Part shown: positions 1 to 15,874 of the stretch, in pieces
Position numbering within the stretch: the stretch's first letter is position 1
Layout: the number at the start of each line of letters is the position of its first letter
DNA from: Vicugna vicugna
Lineage: Eukaryota
Reading direction: 5' to 3'
Assembly (NCBI GenBank): GCA_013265495.1
Contig: MU058045.1
Coordinates: 1-64,000 of the forward strand
Length of the DNA: 64,000 nucleotides
The notes under the pieces: generated by a model
What the model was told of the DNA's origin: nothing
Seen by the model: only the letters and a program-made list of their open reading frames with translations
Database searches by the model: none
Made by a program: the position numbers and the translations under genes

Positions 1-2589
1 CTACTCTCCCCTGAGATCCTGGTCCCCTATTTTGAAGGGAACAAAATTTGGGGTGCATCCCTCACATTTGGGGTGCAGGAGAAAGGAGCCGCCCCAGTCG
101 CATCGCTGGCCTCCTTCCTTTCGGCTGGCTCAGGGAGTGGGGAGTGCCCTAGGGAGGGGGGACCCCCATAAGAGAGCACAGGAGGGGGTTCCTCCACTCC
201 CAGTTAGAATTGGGGACACCCCCCCAAAACTCGTCCCAGCCCATCCGTCTCCAACTCGGCGGGAGAGGCAGCTGCAATGCCCCAGTCAGATTCCCCCAAC
301 ACTACATTCCTCACCCCATCTAGAGGGGTCCCGGGGGCCCCAAAAAATCCCAAAAAAATCTAGGATGTTGGCAGGACGGTCCTTGACTAGCTCCCCAAAT
401 TTGGGGTCCTTAGATCCCCCCGTTTTTTCAGGAAAATTCCGTCTTTCACCTGCCTCCCGCCAGCCCTGCTCTGTCCCGATGCCAATTTTGGAAGTCACTC
501 CCTCCTTCCTCCTCCCCGTCTCTCCAGGCCCCCCCGCTCGGGGGCTAGGGTCCAGGACACCTGGCTTCCAGGCCGGGGGGGAGGGGGGCACTCCTCGAAG
601 GGCTAGGGGCCAGGAGGTCAAGCTCATAGCCCCAGTCTTAGGGAAGCAGGAAAGCCCGATCCTCCCTTCCCCTCCCCCCTGGCTGGTCTCCGTGGTGGTT
701 TAGGAAAGCCTGGAGGATTGGAATCTGCCATTGCTATTGCACAGGCAGTTTTTTTTTTCCTTGGGTTGGGGGGGTGGGCGGTGGGAGGGAGAGAGGGGAG
801 GAGAGCTGAGGAGAGCAGGGACCGGGGTGTGCAGAGCTGGCCTGGCTTACCCCCTAGCCTCGGCTGCCGTGGGGAACCCCCCCCCCACCTCACCCACACT
901 CCCAGTCCTCTGTCTGCTTTCTGTTTGGGGCTCTTATCCTGGAAAATCAGGGTACAAGATTCACTGCCTTGGACCTCACCACCTCTCCTTGCCGCAGTTC
1001 CAACAGCACTGTCCTACTCAGGGGTGTCCACTTTACCACAAGACACCCCATTTCCCCCATTGTCCCCCAAACCGAGGTGTGCTCCCTTAAGAAATTGGGG
1101 TTCAGACTCCAAAACCACCTTTTGTCTCTCAGATCTATCCAAGTCACATAGAAGTAAGAGGAGATACACTCCCTTTCCAAATTTCTCCCTTCAATCCCTG
1201 GGCATATTTGGAGGTTCACTGAAGAAAAAAAATTTCTAGAATCTGGGGTGAAAGTGCTATAAGCAAAGGACATTCCAAACCAGCATTGTGCTCCAAATTA
1301 AGTGAACCCTAAAATCAATCTCACCTTATGAGTCATTGCTCGGCTTCACCAAATGCACCCAAAGAGTAGCAAATCACCCCAAAATAAGGACACCCCAAAA
1401 CTTTAGTCTCTTACCCTAGGCCCTCACCTTGTTTCTCCTCCTGGAAAAAGCTTCTTGACTATCAATGCATACACAGAACTATCCGCCTCCTGAAAGTAAG
1501 GTTGTACAACATTCAAATATAAAGCCTTGCCCCCCAACCCCGTCCAGGACCCACAATCACAGAAGGCCTTCACACTTGCTCCCAGGTCCCTATCATGTTC
1601 CACCTCAAGATAATACAAACCCCAAGTTAAATTTCATGTCCCCCAAATACAATCTGAACCTTGAAACTTATCTGGCACCTCAAAACAGACCACATCCCAA
1701 AATCAGCATGACTACTTTATTTGAAAATCAGATTGTCCACATACACCGATGATGATGAATTCCCCCAAAGAAAATCCTCATCAACCTACGAAGAACACCT
1801 AGCAGGTTCTCCTGATATTCCAAGATGACAGTCTTCAAATTGTCAGTGTCAGAATCCCCAGAACTAATGTAGCTTCAAAATCAGCTCTAAGCCTCAGACT
1901 TACTACTGGCCTTCAAGCCTGAATGCAGCCCCCAGTGCCCAGAACAATCAAACTAACTCAATGACCCATAATAAACACGCACTCCCTCAACTGACACATT
2001 GACCAGACAACACAAAAATAACCCCATCCTGATACCAAAGGGAGTCCCGAGTCTAACTCCCAACTTCCAGCTGGGCAGAGACCAAAGTTACCCTCATTTG
2101 CAAAAGCCACCTTACCATCATGAACCCCTAGTCGTCCCCATTCTTGGTTTCTCAGCAATTCTTTCCTGCACCCAAATAAAGATGCTCTCAGATCTGAAGG
2201 CGAGGGCCCTAGGCCTGGATACGCAGCTCCACGGATAATGGTCAAACATTACTGGGCAGCCGGAGTCTCTCCTGAGCCCAAATCCAAGTCCTGCTTTGCA
2301 GCTGAACTCAGCTCTGGACCCCACTTTCTCCAGATGAACCTTACCCACCTCTCTCCACCCCCTAGCGCCAACATCTCCCCAAACAAAACATGAGGGTGTG
2401 ACCCCTGCCCATCTCCTAGGTCAGGGGCTTAAATTGGGGTTATCAGGCCTTCCTGCCCTCTCTCCCTTCTTTTACCGTGAGGCCCTCTCCCTGTTTCCCC
2501 TCTCTGTTCACTGCACCCAACTTTCATATTGATGTTCACTAAAAATTCGCCTCTAAAGACAGATCATAGTATCTAGCTTAATAAGAAAT

Positions 2590-3300
2590 GAAACCCTGTG
2601 CTCACAGGCCTCAGACCCCGCTCCTTGTCGCACTCGTTCCCCTTGTCCCCAAAGCCCGCGGATTTCTCACCCCAGGTAGGAGCCCCAGCCTCGGAGGAAA
2701 GTCCCCTCTGTCGCCTAATTCTCCCTCCCTCTGCCCAACCCTAGGCCTCTGGACAAAATAAACCAGCGCAAAGGGGGCGAGGGCAGAACGAAGGTTTCAG
2801 CCGCCCAGACCTAATCGATCCTGCGCCCCCGTCTGAGAGGACCCCCAGCCGGATGGAGATGACTGGGCGAGGCGAGGCTAGTGCTCGTCCGCCCCCTCGT
2901 GGAAGGAGCCGAACATTGCCGAGCTTTGCCTACTTGCCGCGCTGGACCCCGGCGTCCCGCCAGCCTCCAAACGCGGCCGACGGGCGGGTGCCCGAGGCCC
3001 TAGAGAGCTGGGACTTGGGGAGGGCGAGAGGGCTTTGGGCAGGAGTCTGTCTCTCTGGGTCCCTAAAAGGATTGAGAAGAAAGTCGGGAGCGAAAGTCCG
3101 GACCCTAGGTCTCCTGAGCGTCTCTCGGCCCCCACCCGGGGCTTTCCCCACCTCCTCGAGGGGAAGCAGCTGGCGGAGCCGTCCGGTCTCGGGACAATAG
3201 AAGGAAACGAACTAGAAATCATATCCGCCCCCTCCCTACCGCGCCCGGTCAGAGCCCCCCTTTTTGCAGGCCCCGCTAGAGGAACCTGTCATTTAACCAC
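2590..3300. promoter_or_regulatory. CpG-rich region upstream of BCL6B
   Basis: High CpG and GC-box density relative to flanks. Confidence 0.5.
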
Positions 3301-3699
3301 ACCCTCCTGCTGTCTGAGACCCCCACGGGAGCCCACTCTCGCCTCCCCAAACCTAGTGCCTTTTTGGTCTCCTCTTTATCTCCTTTAATCCCCCTACACT
3401 GGAAAGGAGAGTTTTGCCGTATTCACTCTCCTGTAATAGGTTCCTTCCTAAAGCCAATACACCAATGTTCTCTGTCCCAGGCCCCCTCGACGACCCAGGT
3501 TACCCATATTTCCAATCTCAGTATCCCCAATCTCCTCCCAAATTCCAGTGTCCCATCCTCAGTTCCACTTCCAGTGGCCCAAGATCCCTTACGTTACGAC
3601 CACCTAGCGTTTCTGAGGTCCCGCCCTCGAGCCCAAGACCCCGCCCCGGGTTCGCCATCTGGAGAGCAAGGGAGGAAGGAAGGATATAGACCCAGGCGT

Positions 3700-3816
3700 T
3701 CACCCCACCTCCACCCCCGCCCCCGACATCCCGGCCAGATAAAGGCGCCGAGGCCAAGAGGGGAGAGAGGCCCCGCCCCCCTTGAGAAGAGAAGCTGAAG
3801 CCCCTGCAGGACAGGG
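3700..3816 (+). promoter_or_regulatory. BCL6B: Probable BCL6B core promoter and non-coding exon 1
   Basis: GC boxes (cccgccc ~3715-3723), GATAAA at 3738-3743, strong donor GG|GTAAGA at 3816/3817, acceptor ccccgcag at 4350 just before the ATG exon. Confidence 0.55.
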
Positions 3817-4362
3817 GTAAGAACCTGAGACTGAGGGAGCCAGACTCCTGGGTCCCCTGAGACGGTTGGGGCTTGTTGATGGTAGGATGACTGAGGCCCA
3901 GAAATTGGGTTAAACTAGGGATCCGGGACTAGATGGAATTTCTTGGTTCAGGGTAGGGAACTTCGATTGGGATTTGGAAGGGTGTAGACCGCAGGTCGTC
4001 AGGGGACTCCAAACAGGATCTGAGACCAGGCACGGGGTGAGACAGAGGGGAATAGGGGTGCTGGAAGGGCACAGGGAGTCTAAGGGCGCTGCGGGCCAAA
4101 TTCCCCACGGTCGTCATCGACGCCTCGGTGTGGGAACCTTCAACTCGCTCCAAGCGCAGTTCAATCTAGAAGAGGAAAGCGAGCGACGGTGTGGCTGAGT
4201 GCAGAAAGAACAAGATGAATTAAGTAAGGCCGCGTGAACCGGAGCCGGGGGCTTGGCTCTAGCCGCACCTCAGGAGGAGCGGGCAAATTGCGGAAGGGAT
4301 GGGGTCTTCGGACGGCCTGGATCCCTGAGCCCTTTCCCCCGCCCCCGCAGGCCTGCGTCGCT

Positions 4363-7598
<3,236 letters not shown>

Positions 7599-9523
7599 CT
7601 GAGCGCCGGCCTGGGCCCCACTCCCTTCCTGGAAGACGGGAAAGCTGCGCTCAAGGCTGGCTTCCCTGTCAGGCTTGGGCATGGGGGCGTGCAAGGTCCC
7701 TCCCTATCAGCGACTGCCACCACCTTAATTTCTCACCGGGGAGAGCAGGGGTGGCAGATCACGGCTTGATCTGCCTCTGTTTTGCTGGTCAAAACCTCTT
7801 CCCCACGATCCAAATTGTTTCTAAGGAGACAGCATGCTAGGAGCTGGGGGAGGGGAAAGACAGGTCTGGCTTCCTTAAGCACCCATCTCATTCGATTTAT
7901 CTGTAAATATAATTTATTGAGGCCTTTGGGTGGCACCAGAGCCTTCATTCTAATGCATTTCCCATGTCCCTCTTCCACAAGTGTGATCAAAAGTGACCTG
8001 AAACACAGAATGTGAGGTCACAGCTCTGCTGGCAGAGATTAGCACTTGGTTGCCTCCTTTGGCTTGAGTGTTTTATATGATTATTGTCATGACTTTTACT
8101 TTAGAACTACTGTCTCCTATTTGTTTGCTTGTTGTTTAAAATAGTGGAAGGGGTTCTCTGTGTCCTGCCCCTCCAATTCTAGGTCTGGAACCTTGATTTG
8201 TTCTAGGGCACCTCTGGGAACATGCAGGTTTGTGGAATTGGGTCAGGAACCCTCTCTGGTATCCTGGATATTGTAGGTTCTCTAGAAGGCTAGCTCTGGA
8301 TATAGACGTTTCTTTCTTCTTCAAGGGTCATAGAAGTGGAGGTAATAAATACTTCCTGGAGGCTGTGGCTGGAGGGGGCTTTGTTCGTCTTGGAGCTAGA
8401 GGGATGATTGGAGAGGCTTTGTCTTCTGCCCCTAACTGTCCTCTTAGTCTGGTCATCTAGGTTTGGCTCCACTGGGTCTATTTGTCCTGATGGAGCCCAC
8501 CTAGGAGCTTGGGTTGAGCCCATAATCCTCCCACTAGGACCCGTTCTTAGCACTGAGTTGATCCCTCCATGGGGGAGAGATTTGAAATTCCTTATCAGAG
8601 ATAATGCAACCTTTTCTGATTCTGCCATTTCCAAGAATGTCATGACCTAGGGGAGAGTTATGAAACTCTTTATCTTGATGAAATAGTAAAGAGTATGACC
8701 CGTCCTTTACTGCAGAGGGATCTGGGTTTGAATTCCTTGGGGTTCTCTCTGAGATGAACCTCTTCTTCCTTTAGTGGGTTTTTGGACATCTTCTGGCAAG
8801 TGTCCAAATTCCAGAAACTTCTTTGCCTCTAGAAATCACAGGTGCTTGGTATCTTTCTTACCTTAGAAAAGCCGGGTCTGTGACCTGGTCTTCCTGTCAC
8901 TGCATTCCTGTCTGGAACCAGTGAATGCACTAGAATCTTCCACAGGGAAAGAAAAGGGAGGCTGAGTTCCATTCTGGATTTGCTGTAATTTCGGATTATG
9001 ATTGGGACTACTGTTGGGATTAGAGGTTTAAAAGATTTTCAAGATTGATTGACTGGTAGACCTTCTAGTGGACCAAATTTCCAGGTAGGATTAAGAGGCT
9101 GGTTGAGGGGCACAGTCTCTGGTGTAGGCCAAGTAGATAGAAAGTTAGGAATGGGTTTCCTCTTAATTGGGTGGAATGTCTGGAATGTGAGATGATGCTC
9201 TGAAGCCTTAATTTACAGGCCTGCCTGTTGCCCTGGGGCCCATTTGATCTGGAGCATGGGGTGGAGGATCAGAAGCACTTTGAATTTGTGGGGTGGAGCT
9301 TCCTCAAGACAGGTCAGTACTAGTGGCTGTCACCTGGGGACTGGTGAGAAAGCTACTCTTCTCGCTCTTTCCCTCTTACTCCCCACAGCAGAATTGAAGG
9401 AGGGAGGGACAGCAGAGGAGAGATGTGAGAAGGAACCAGGATTTTTTTTTTTAGCAGATTGGATGGGCAGGTGGAGAGTGCCAAGGGGTGGAGATGTTAG
9501 ATCTTGCAAGATCAGAATCATGG

Positions 9524-9529
9524 AATAAA
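9524..9529 (+). terminator. Likely BCL6B polyadenylation signal (3'UTR about 1.9 kb)
   Basis: AATAAA followed by GT/T-rich downstream sequence; a more proximal AATAAA lies at 8344-8349. Confidence 0.55.
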
Positions 9530-9899
9530 GAAGCCTCTCTGTGATGTCTGCTGTGTCCTGGGCTCTTGTCTTTGGGGATCTGGGGACTGGGTGAAGCTGG
9601 GGAAAGAGGGTTCTCCATTCTTAGATACCATCTTGGATTCTGTGCCCATCCCACTGTCCCACTCCACCAGACATTTTAAGCAGCTTTTTTCTCCCCTTCC
9701 CTGCTCGTGCCTTCCGGCTCATTGTGTAGGAACCAGTGACTTCATGAAGTTTCTCCGGACCCACCTGCATCCTGCTGCTCTGAAGTCACTTCCTGCCTGA
9801 GGTGTGGAGGTGGCAAGGAGAAAACCAGGAAGCCACTAATAATACCAAGAGGCTGGGGGTGCATCTGTGTTGGGAAATTTAATGCTTGGGACACACCCT

Positions 9900-9924
9900 A
9901 CCACCACCACCACCACCACCACCA
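9900..9924. repeat. (ACC)n microsatellite
   Basis: About 8 units. Confidence 0.9.
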
Positions 9925-11369
9925 CAGAAAATGGATAGGACTTGGGTCCCATAAGGACAATAGGAGCTGGAGGTGGCAGTGAGAAGCTAAGCGGTTTGAT
10001 CCAACATGCCAATTCTACGCCTCCCCCAGAGCAATGGTGTCTTGGAATCCGTCCACTTCTCTCCCACCCTTTCCCCATGTCCTGTGTACACAGCTTTGTT
10101 CTGCCCCATGGCTGGAGGGTAAAGGGGCACTAATTCTGATAATTTACCCCTGCTTTGGGACTTAAATTCCTTACCTGTGAAATAAGTCCATTAACATGGA
10201 ACGAATACGTTCCTCGCAACATTTAGTTTGTGATTGTGTTTCTCAATCTTTTAAAACCCATGACCTGAATTAGATTTTACTTTTTAAGCAAAAAACAAAA
10301 CAAAGAAACTAAATGAAAACGTTCCTTTCCCTCACACTGTGGCTTATCCCCTGCTGCAAATGAGACCAGCTAATATTACTTATCTCCTGCTACATGCCAT
10401 GCCCTGAACTAAGCATTTTAGTGTATAGATTTTCTAGTTCAACTCCCCTGATAACCCTAAAAGTAGGTACTTTTTTTTTGAGAAAGTAGGTACTATTTTT
10501 AGCCCCAATTTATAGATAAACAGAGAGGTTCAATATCTTGGCTAAGCGAGTAAGTGATAAAGCCAGGATTGGAACTATGATTTGATTCTAAGAACTGCAC
10601 TCTTAACCACTATGTTATACAGCCACACTAATTTCTACATCTTTGGCAGAGTCCCCAACAGCCAAAGTTTTGACTCCACTTACATTAAAAAAAAAAGTTT
10701 TGGGGTATGATTATTTTTATTTCCCACATATGGAAATATAAGGCTCAGTATGCTTTTTTTAAATTACACAGCCTCCTTCCCCACCTCTCGCCCCTTCACC
10801 TCACTCCCACTTGTATGTGGATGAACCCTTGAGCTCAAATTTCAAGGTCAGTGTCCTAAGGATCTTGAAACCAATCCATGAGTGCTATATAAGGTTGTAG
10901 GAACTAGGTACTGGTTGGGTAGGAGGGGCTGATTGCTCCAGTGGTCATGGCTTGTCTCTTTAGTCTATCCCATCAAGAGATTAAAACACGTGATTAGGAA
11001 GTGGTTGTTACTGGAGGGCAGAGGAAAAGGTCCCAGCCCCACTGAAGACCGGTGCTGGTGGGGCTCTGAGTGAACTCAGAGCTGCACTTCCTCTCCCCAG
11101 TTATTTTCGGTCTCTGTGACCTGTAGGTTTCCTGTTAGTGGTAACAGAAGGAACAGGAAAGAGTTCCCATCACAGAAATCAACGCCAGGAGTCCAGCAGC
11201 CCATTCTCCTGTCTTGCTCCTTGGCATTTGAACCCCTCAGGAATCCAGGCATTTAGATTCTAGTGGCCTCAGGCGCCTGGCCAGGTATTTTGTTTAGGCT
11301 TATCTCATAATTCCTCCACACCCGCCCCCTGACCTGGGCCTCGTCTTTCAACTCCTGGGGCCCTCATTA

Positions 11370-12340
11370 AGTACGTGAGTGTTTTCTTTTCCTAAACCGG
11401 TTTACCCACCACCAACCCCCTGGACTCCTTACGTGCGTGTCTCCGTTCTGCAATCCGGTCGAATTGGTCCGCTAGGTGGACAGGAGACCCAAACAGCCTC
11501 CTAGTGGGTTCCTGGGTCACGTGGGGCCCATCTAGAGTGCCTCCTAAAGTTCCCCTCCTCACGCATGCGCCCCACTCACTGACCCGATGGAGAACGCGCT
11601 CTAAGCTCCGCCCAGCCCTTCTGGCTCCGCCCCCTTCTGAGGAGTCCCGTGTCCTCATTGGTGAGCTGCGGACAGGGATGTTTGCCCGTCTGGCCAGGTG
11701 CTGACACTTTCAATGATAAAATAGATAATCCGCTTCGAGGCTGGCTCACCTCAAGGGTAGAGCCCAAACCCAGTGCTGACCCCTGGTTCCTAACCAACGT
11801 CGACCCCGCTTTCATCTTGCCCCACCCAGGCCTGGACTCTCGACTCGCGGCCAGCGGAGCCACGCCCCCCGGCGCTGAACGCGGGGGGCCAGTGCCTGCC
11901 GGGTCTTCCCACGTATATCGCCCGCCCATCCTCGCCGCCACCAGGGGAAAGGCGCAGGCGCCTCACGCAGCCTCTCTGCAGCTTTCAAGCCCTTATCGGT
12001 ACTTTCCTCTCAACCATCCTCTCCTCCGCACGGCCCCGAGCCGTCCGGCTGGGTGGCTGGATGGGTGGGCCGAGGTGGAACATCCTGAGCCCTGCTCCCG
12101 GAGGGGCTCTCAGTGGCGGCAGCCCTGTTACTTCCCAGATGGCACATAGAGCTGAGCCCCCCGACGGGGGCTGGGGATGGATGGTGGTGCTCTCAGCGTT
12201 CTTCCAGTCGGCGCTGGTGTTCGGGGTGCTCCGCTCCTTCGGCGTCTTCTTTGTGGAGTTTGTGGCAGCGTTTGAGGAGCAGGCGGCGCGAGTCTCCTGG
12301 ATCGCTTCCATAGGAATCGCGGTGCAGCAGTTCGGGAGTG
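11370..12340 (+). promoter_or_regulatory. SLC16A13 CpG-island promoter
   Basis: CpG-dense; GTCACGTGG E-box 11516-11524, NRF1-like CGCATGCGC ~11562-11570, CCGCCC GC boxes, reverse CCAAT (ATTGG) ~11657. Confidence 0.65.
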
Positions 12341-14830
12341 AGTGCTGTGCCTGGGTCTGGAGTCCTGTGACCTTCGACCCTCGGAAGGGAGAGGGGATGC
12401 GGGAACTGGGAAGGAGATAAGGGGTGGGCAGTGCTGGAGAAGGAAGCCTGAGGTCTCGCAGAACCCTTCCTCTTCCCCAGGCCCAGTAGGCAGTGCCCTG
12501 AGCACGAAGTTCGGGCCCAGGCCTGTGGTAATGGCTGGGGGTATCTTGGCTGCGCTGGGGATGCTGCTCGCCTCCTTTGCTACCTCCTTGACCCACCTGT
12601 ACCTGAGTATTGGGCTGCTTTCAGGTGAGACCCTGGGCAAGGGCCTGAGAGTTAAAAGCCTGAGTATCTGGCCTCTGGACTTTTACATTCTTCCTGCTCC
12701 TTCCAAAAGGCTTAGTGAGAAGCTGAAAGTTTTGGCTGGCATCTGTGCCTGGAATGGAATTCTTAAGAGAGTTGACTAAAGTCATTAACAGGGTAGGGAA
12801 ATCAGGAAATGCAAAGATGATGAATCCAGAATATGCAAGCCTAGGGCCAGTGGGACTGGAGTGTAAAAGGAAGAATTATGAAAATGTTGTCTCAGGTACT
12901 GTGGTTGTGAAATAGGTACCATTATCCTACTAAAGGTGAAGAAAGGCTTTAGAAGCTTATGCAATTTGGCCAATGAAGTTTACTCAACCAGAAATGGTAC
13001 AGCCCAGGTTTACCTCCAAAGTTCCATGGTAGTTACTCTGTAAACATTATCTCTAAGCCTCCAGACTCCCATAAAGTATATTACCCCCATTTTGCACAGG
13101 AGATTGAGGCTGGGAAGTTAAGTAAAATACACAAGGTCATACAGCTGGAAAGTATCAAGCTAGCTTGTAACTCAGGCCTGTGCTACATTCTGCTGCTGGG
13201 CAGTGTTGGGATGACTGGGTGCCCTGAGCTTCCTAGGAGTCCCTGAACCCCTGTTTTCTTCCTTTTTGACAGGATCTGGCTGGGCCTTGACCTTCACTCC
13301 AACCCTGGCCTGCCTGTCCCGTTACTTCTCTCGCCGGCGATCCCTGGCCACCGGGCTGGCACTGACGGGCGTCGGCCTCTCCTCCTTTGCCTTTGCCCCA
13401 CTTTTCCAGTGGCTGCTCAGCCACTATGCCTGGCGGGGGGCCCTCCTGCTGGTGTCTGCCCTCTCCCTCCACTTGGTGGCCTGTGGTGCTCTTCTCCGCC
13501 CACTCTCCCTGGCTGAGGACCCTGCCGTGGGTGGCCCTGGGACCCAACTCACCTCCCTCCTCCATCACGGCCCCTTCCTCCGTTACACTGTCGCCCTCAC
13601 CCTGATCAACACTGGCTACTTTATTCCCTATGTGCACCTGGTGGCGCATCTGCAAGACCTGGACTGGGACCCACTGCCTGCTGCCTTCCTACTCTCAGTG
13701 GTGGCTATTTCGGATCTTGTGGGGCGTGTGGCTTCTGGGTGGCTAGGGGATGCAGTCCCAGGGCCTGTGGCAAGACTCCTGATGCTCTGGACCACCCTGA
13801 CTGGGGTGATACTGGCCCTGTTCCCTGTGGCTTTGGCTCCCACAGCCCTGGTGGCTCTGGCTGTGGCATATGGCTTCACATCAGGGGCCCTGACTCCAGT
13901 GGCCTTCTCCGTGCTGCCTGAACTGGTGGGGACTGGAAAGATATACTGTGGCCTGGGACTGGTGCAGATGGTAGAGAGCATCGGGGGGCTGCTGGGGGCT
14001 CCTCTGTCAGGTAAGGGGAGTGGGATTTCCAGGTGGGCCAGGGCTGCTACATCATGCCACTCGGGAGGGGGAACTTCCATTATAGTATATATGAATAATG
14101 CCCTCTGGAATTGGTGCAGTACGCAGCCAGCATGGTCAGTCACACTGGCCCCAAAATGGGTCCAAGGGGCAAAGAAATTGGGCTGTGGAAAGGTTAAGAG
14201 GAGCTATGTGGCATCCTTGGCAGGGTACTTACAACTTGGGTTTTCAGAGGACCTGGCCAGACATCTCATGCCAGTGTCTGCCTTTTCCTTTGGCCCACTG
14301 GGCCCCGGGCCAGAGGTCTGGGCCATCTGGTCAAAGTTCTCCAGGCTCCAGACGTCAGAGCCTTCAGACCCTTTAACATTTTCCTCTTAACTATTAACTG
14401 AAGGCATGAATGGGAGGGCCACAGTTACTGGAAAGAAAGGCACAGGTGTGCCTGACTCCATCTGGATCCCCAGATCCCCACCTGCTGGTCCAGTCCTACC
14501 TTGAGAGTTCTAACTCTTCCACAATAATAGGTTAAGGATTATTTTCTTCCCTCCACCCAAAAATGTGTCTGAGCCATCAGTCTCAGGAAACAGATCACCC
14601 ACGTGTATTCTTTTTCTCTCTTGAACCTAGGCTACCTCCGGGATGTGACAGGCAACTACACGGCTTCCTTTGTGGTGGCTGGGGCCTTCCTCCTTGCAGG
14701 GAGTGGAGTTCTCATCACTCTGCCTCACTTCTTCTGCTTCTCAGCTCCTACTTCCAAGCCCCAGGACCTTGTAACAGAGACACTGGGTACCAAAGTCCCT
14801 CTGCCCAGTGAGGGGCTGGGAGAGGAATGA
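12139..14830 (+). CDS. SLC16A13: Monocarboxylate transporter 13 (MCT13), 426 aa, 4 coding exons
   Basis: Exons 12139-12337, 12481-12624, 13273-14010, 14631-14830 (1281 nt); SLC16 signature [39 protein letters not shown] introns. Confidence 0.96.
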
Positions 14831-15841
14831 ACTCCAGGAAGGGCTAGTCAGACCCAGAAAGCCAGAGGTTGGCAGCTCTAGGTCTTCTGCCCCATCTTGG
14901 CACCCACAGAACCACAGTGCCTTAAACATCTTGAGCTGCCTCCCCTCAACTAGAGCAGGCCTGGGGCTCCTGCAATGTGTGTGCCAGCTCCTTGTATCTT
15001 GTTGAGGAGAGTCATCTCTTCTTTGCTCCCACAACCTTTTCTGAAGGATGCAGGCATTCAGCCTGCTCCACTGAGCTGTGAATCAACTGTGGAAATCAAA
15101 GGCCAAGAAGAGTCTTCTCATGTTTTACTTGTGATCTCCAGTGTTGCCTTCTAAGTTTCTTCCCTGAAGACATCTTTGGGAAAGAAGGATGCCCCTTTGA
15201 ATTAAAACTGAATAAGAAAATTGGATAATAAGAACCTCAAGAAGAGCTGGGGCCCATGAGCTTGGGTTGGCTGAATGGGGGCATGCTGGGGAGTGGAGGG
15301 GAGGTGTTCAGGTGCTCTGGTGACCCAGAGCATTTAACCCCTGGACTCTGCTCCCTGGACCACAGTTCCTCCCATTTGCTCACTGACCTCCCTCTTTCCC
15401 ACTATGCCCTGTAACTTAGAAAATAAATTAAGTAAACAAGGGACATGGCGGGGGTGGGGGTGACTGTGCGGGGATGTGTGCCAGTTTGGGAAGGAGAGAA
15501 AAAGCTAAGAGAGCTGAAGTCTGGGTCTGGGATTCTTGTATTTCCCTAAGGCCAGAAGAAGGAGGTTGAAATGCAGGAAAGAATTGTCTGGGAAATGAGG
15601 TTGGGGCAGCTAGCACTCAAGAGCACTGCCCTCCAATAAACTGAAGCTGACGGACAGACATTTGGCAAAGATCTCCTGTTATGATGACAAGAACTTGGGC
15701 AGAGAGAAATTGACTGATTGGACACACACCATTTCCGCCTCCCATGGCTTTAGTAGGATCCTCTTCCTATCAGCCTGCCTTTTCAGATATCTTATGTAGA
15801 ATGCTTTAGTTGGAGCTTGCAGAAAAAGCAGATAGAAATCC

Positions 15842-15847
15842 TTTATT
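15842..15847 (-). terminator. SLC16A11 polyadenylation signal
   Basis: tttatt on plus = AATAAA on minus, about 27 nt after the stop codon. Confidence 0.7.
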
Positions 15848-15874
15848 GGAGGAGGGAGTTAAACAAGAAAATGG

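Noticed and set aside
805..835. gagcagggaccggggtg resembles the flank of pre-miR-497
   Set aside because: No mature CAGCAGCAC seed and no hairpin on either strand
32..1239. 223-aa and 173-aa plus-strand ORFs
   Set aside because: Non-ATG starts, Pro/Gly/Ser-rich, no recognisable domain; expected in GC-rich DNA
11985..12640. Long antisense ORFs over SLC16A13 exons 1-2
   Set aside because: Shadow ORFs of GC-rich coding sequence
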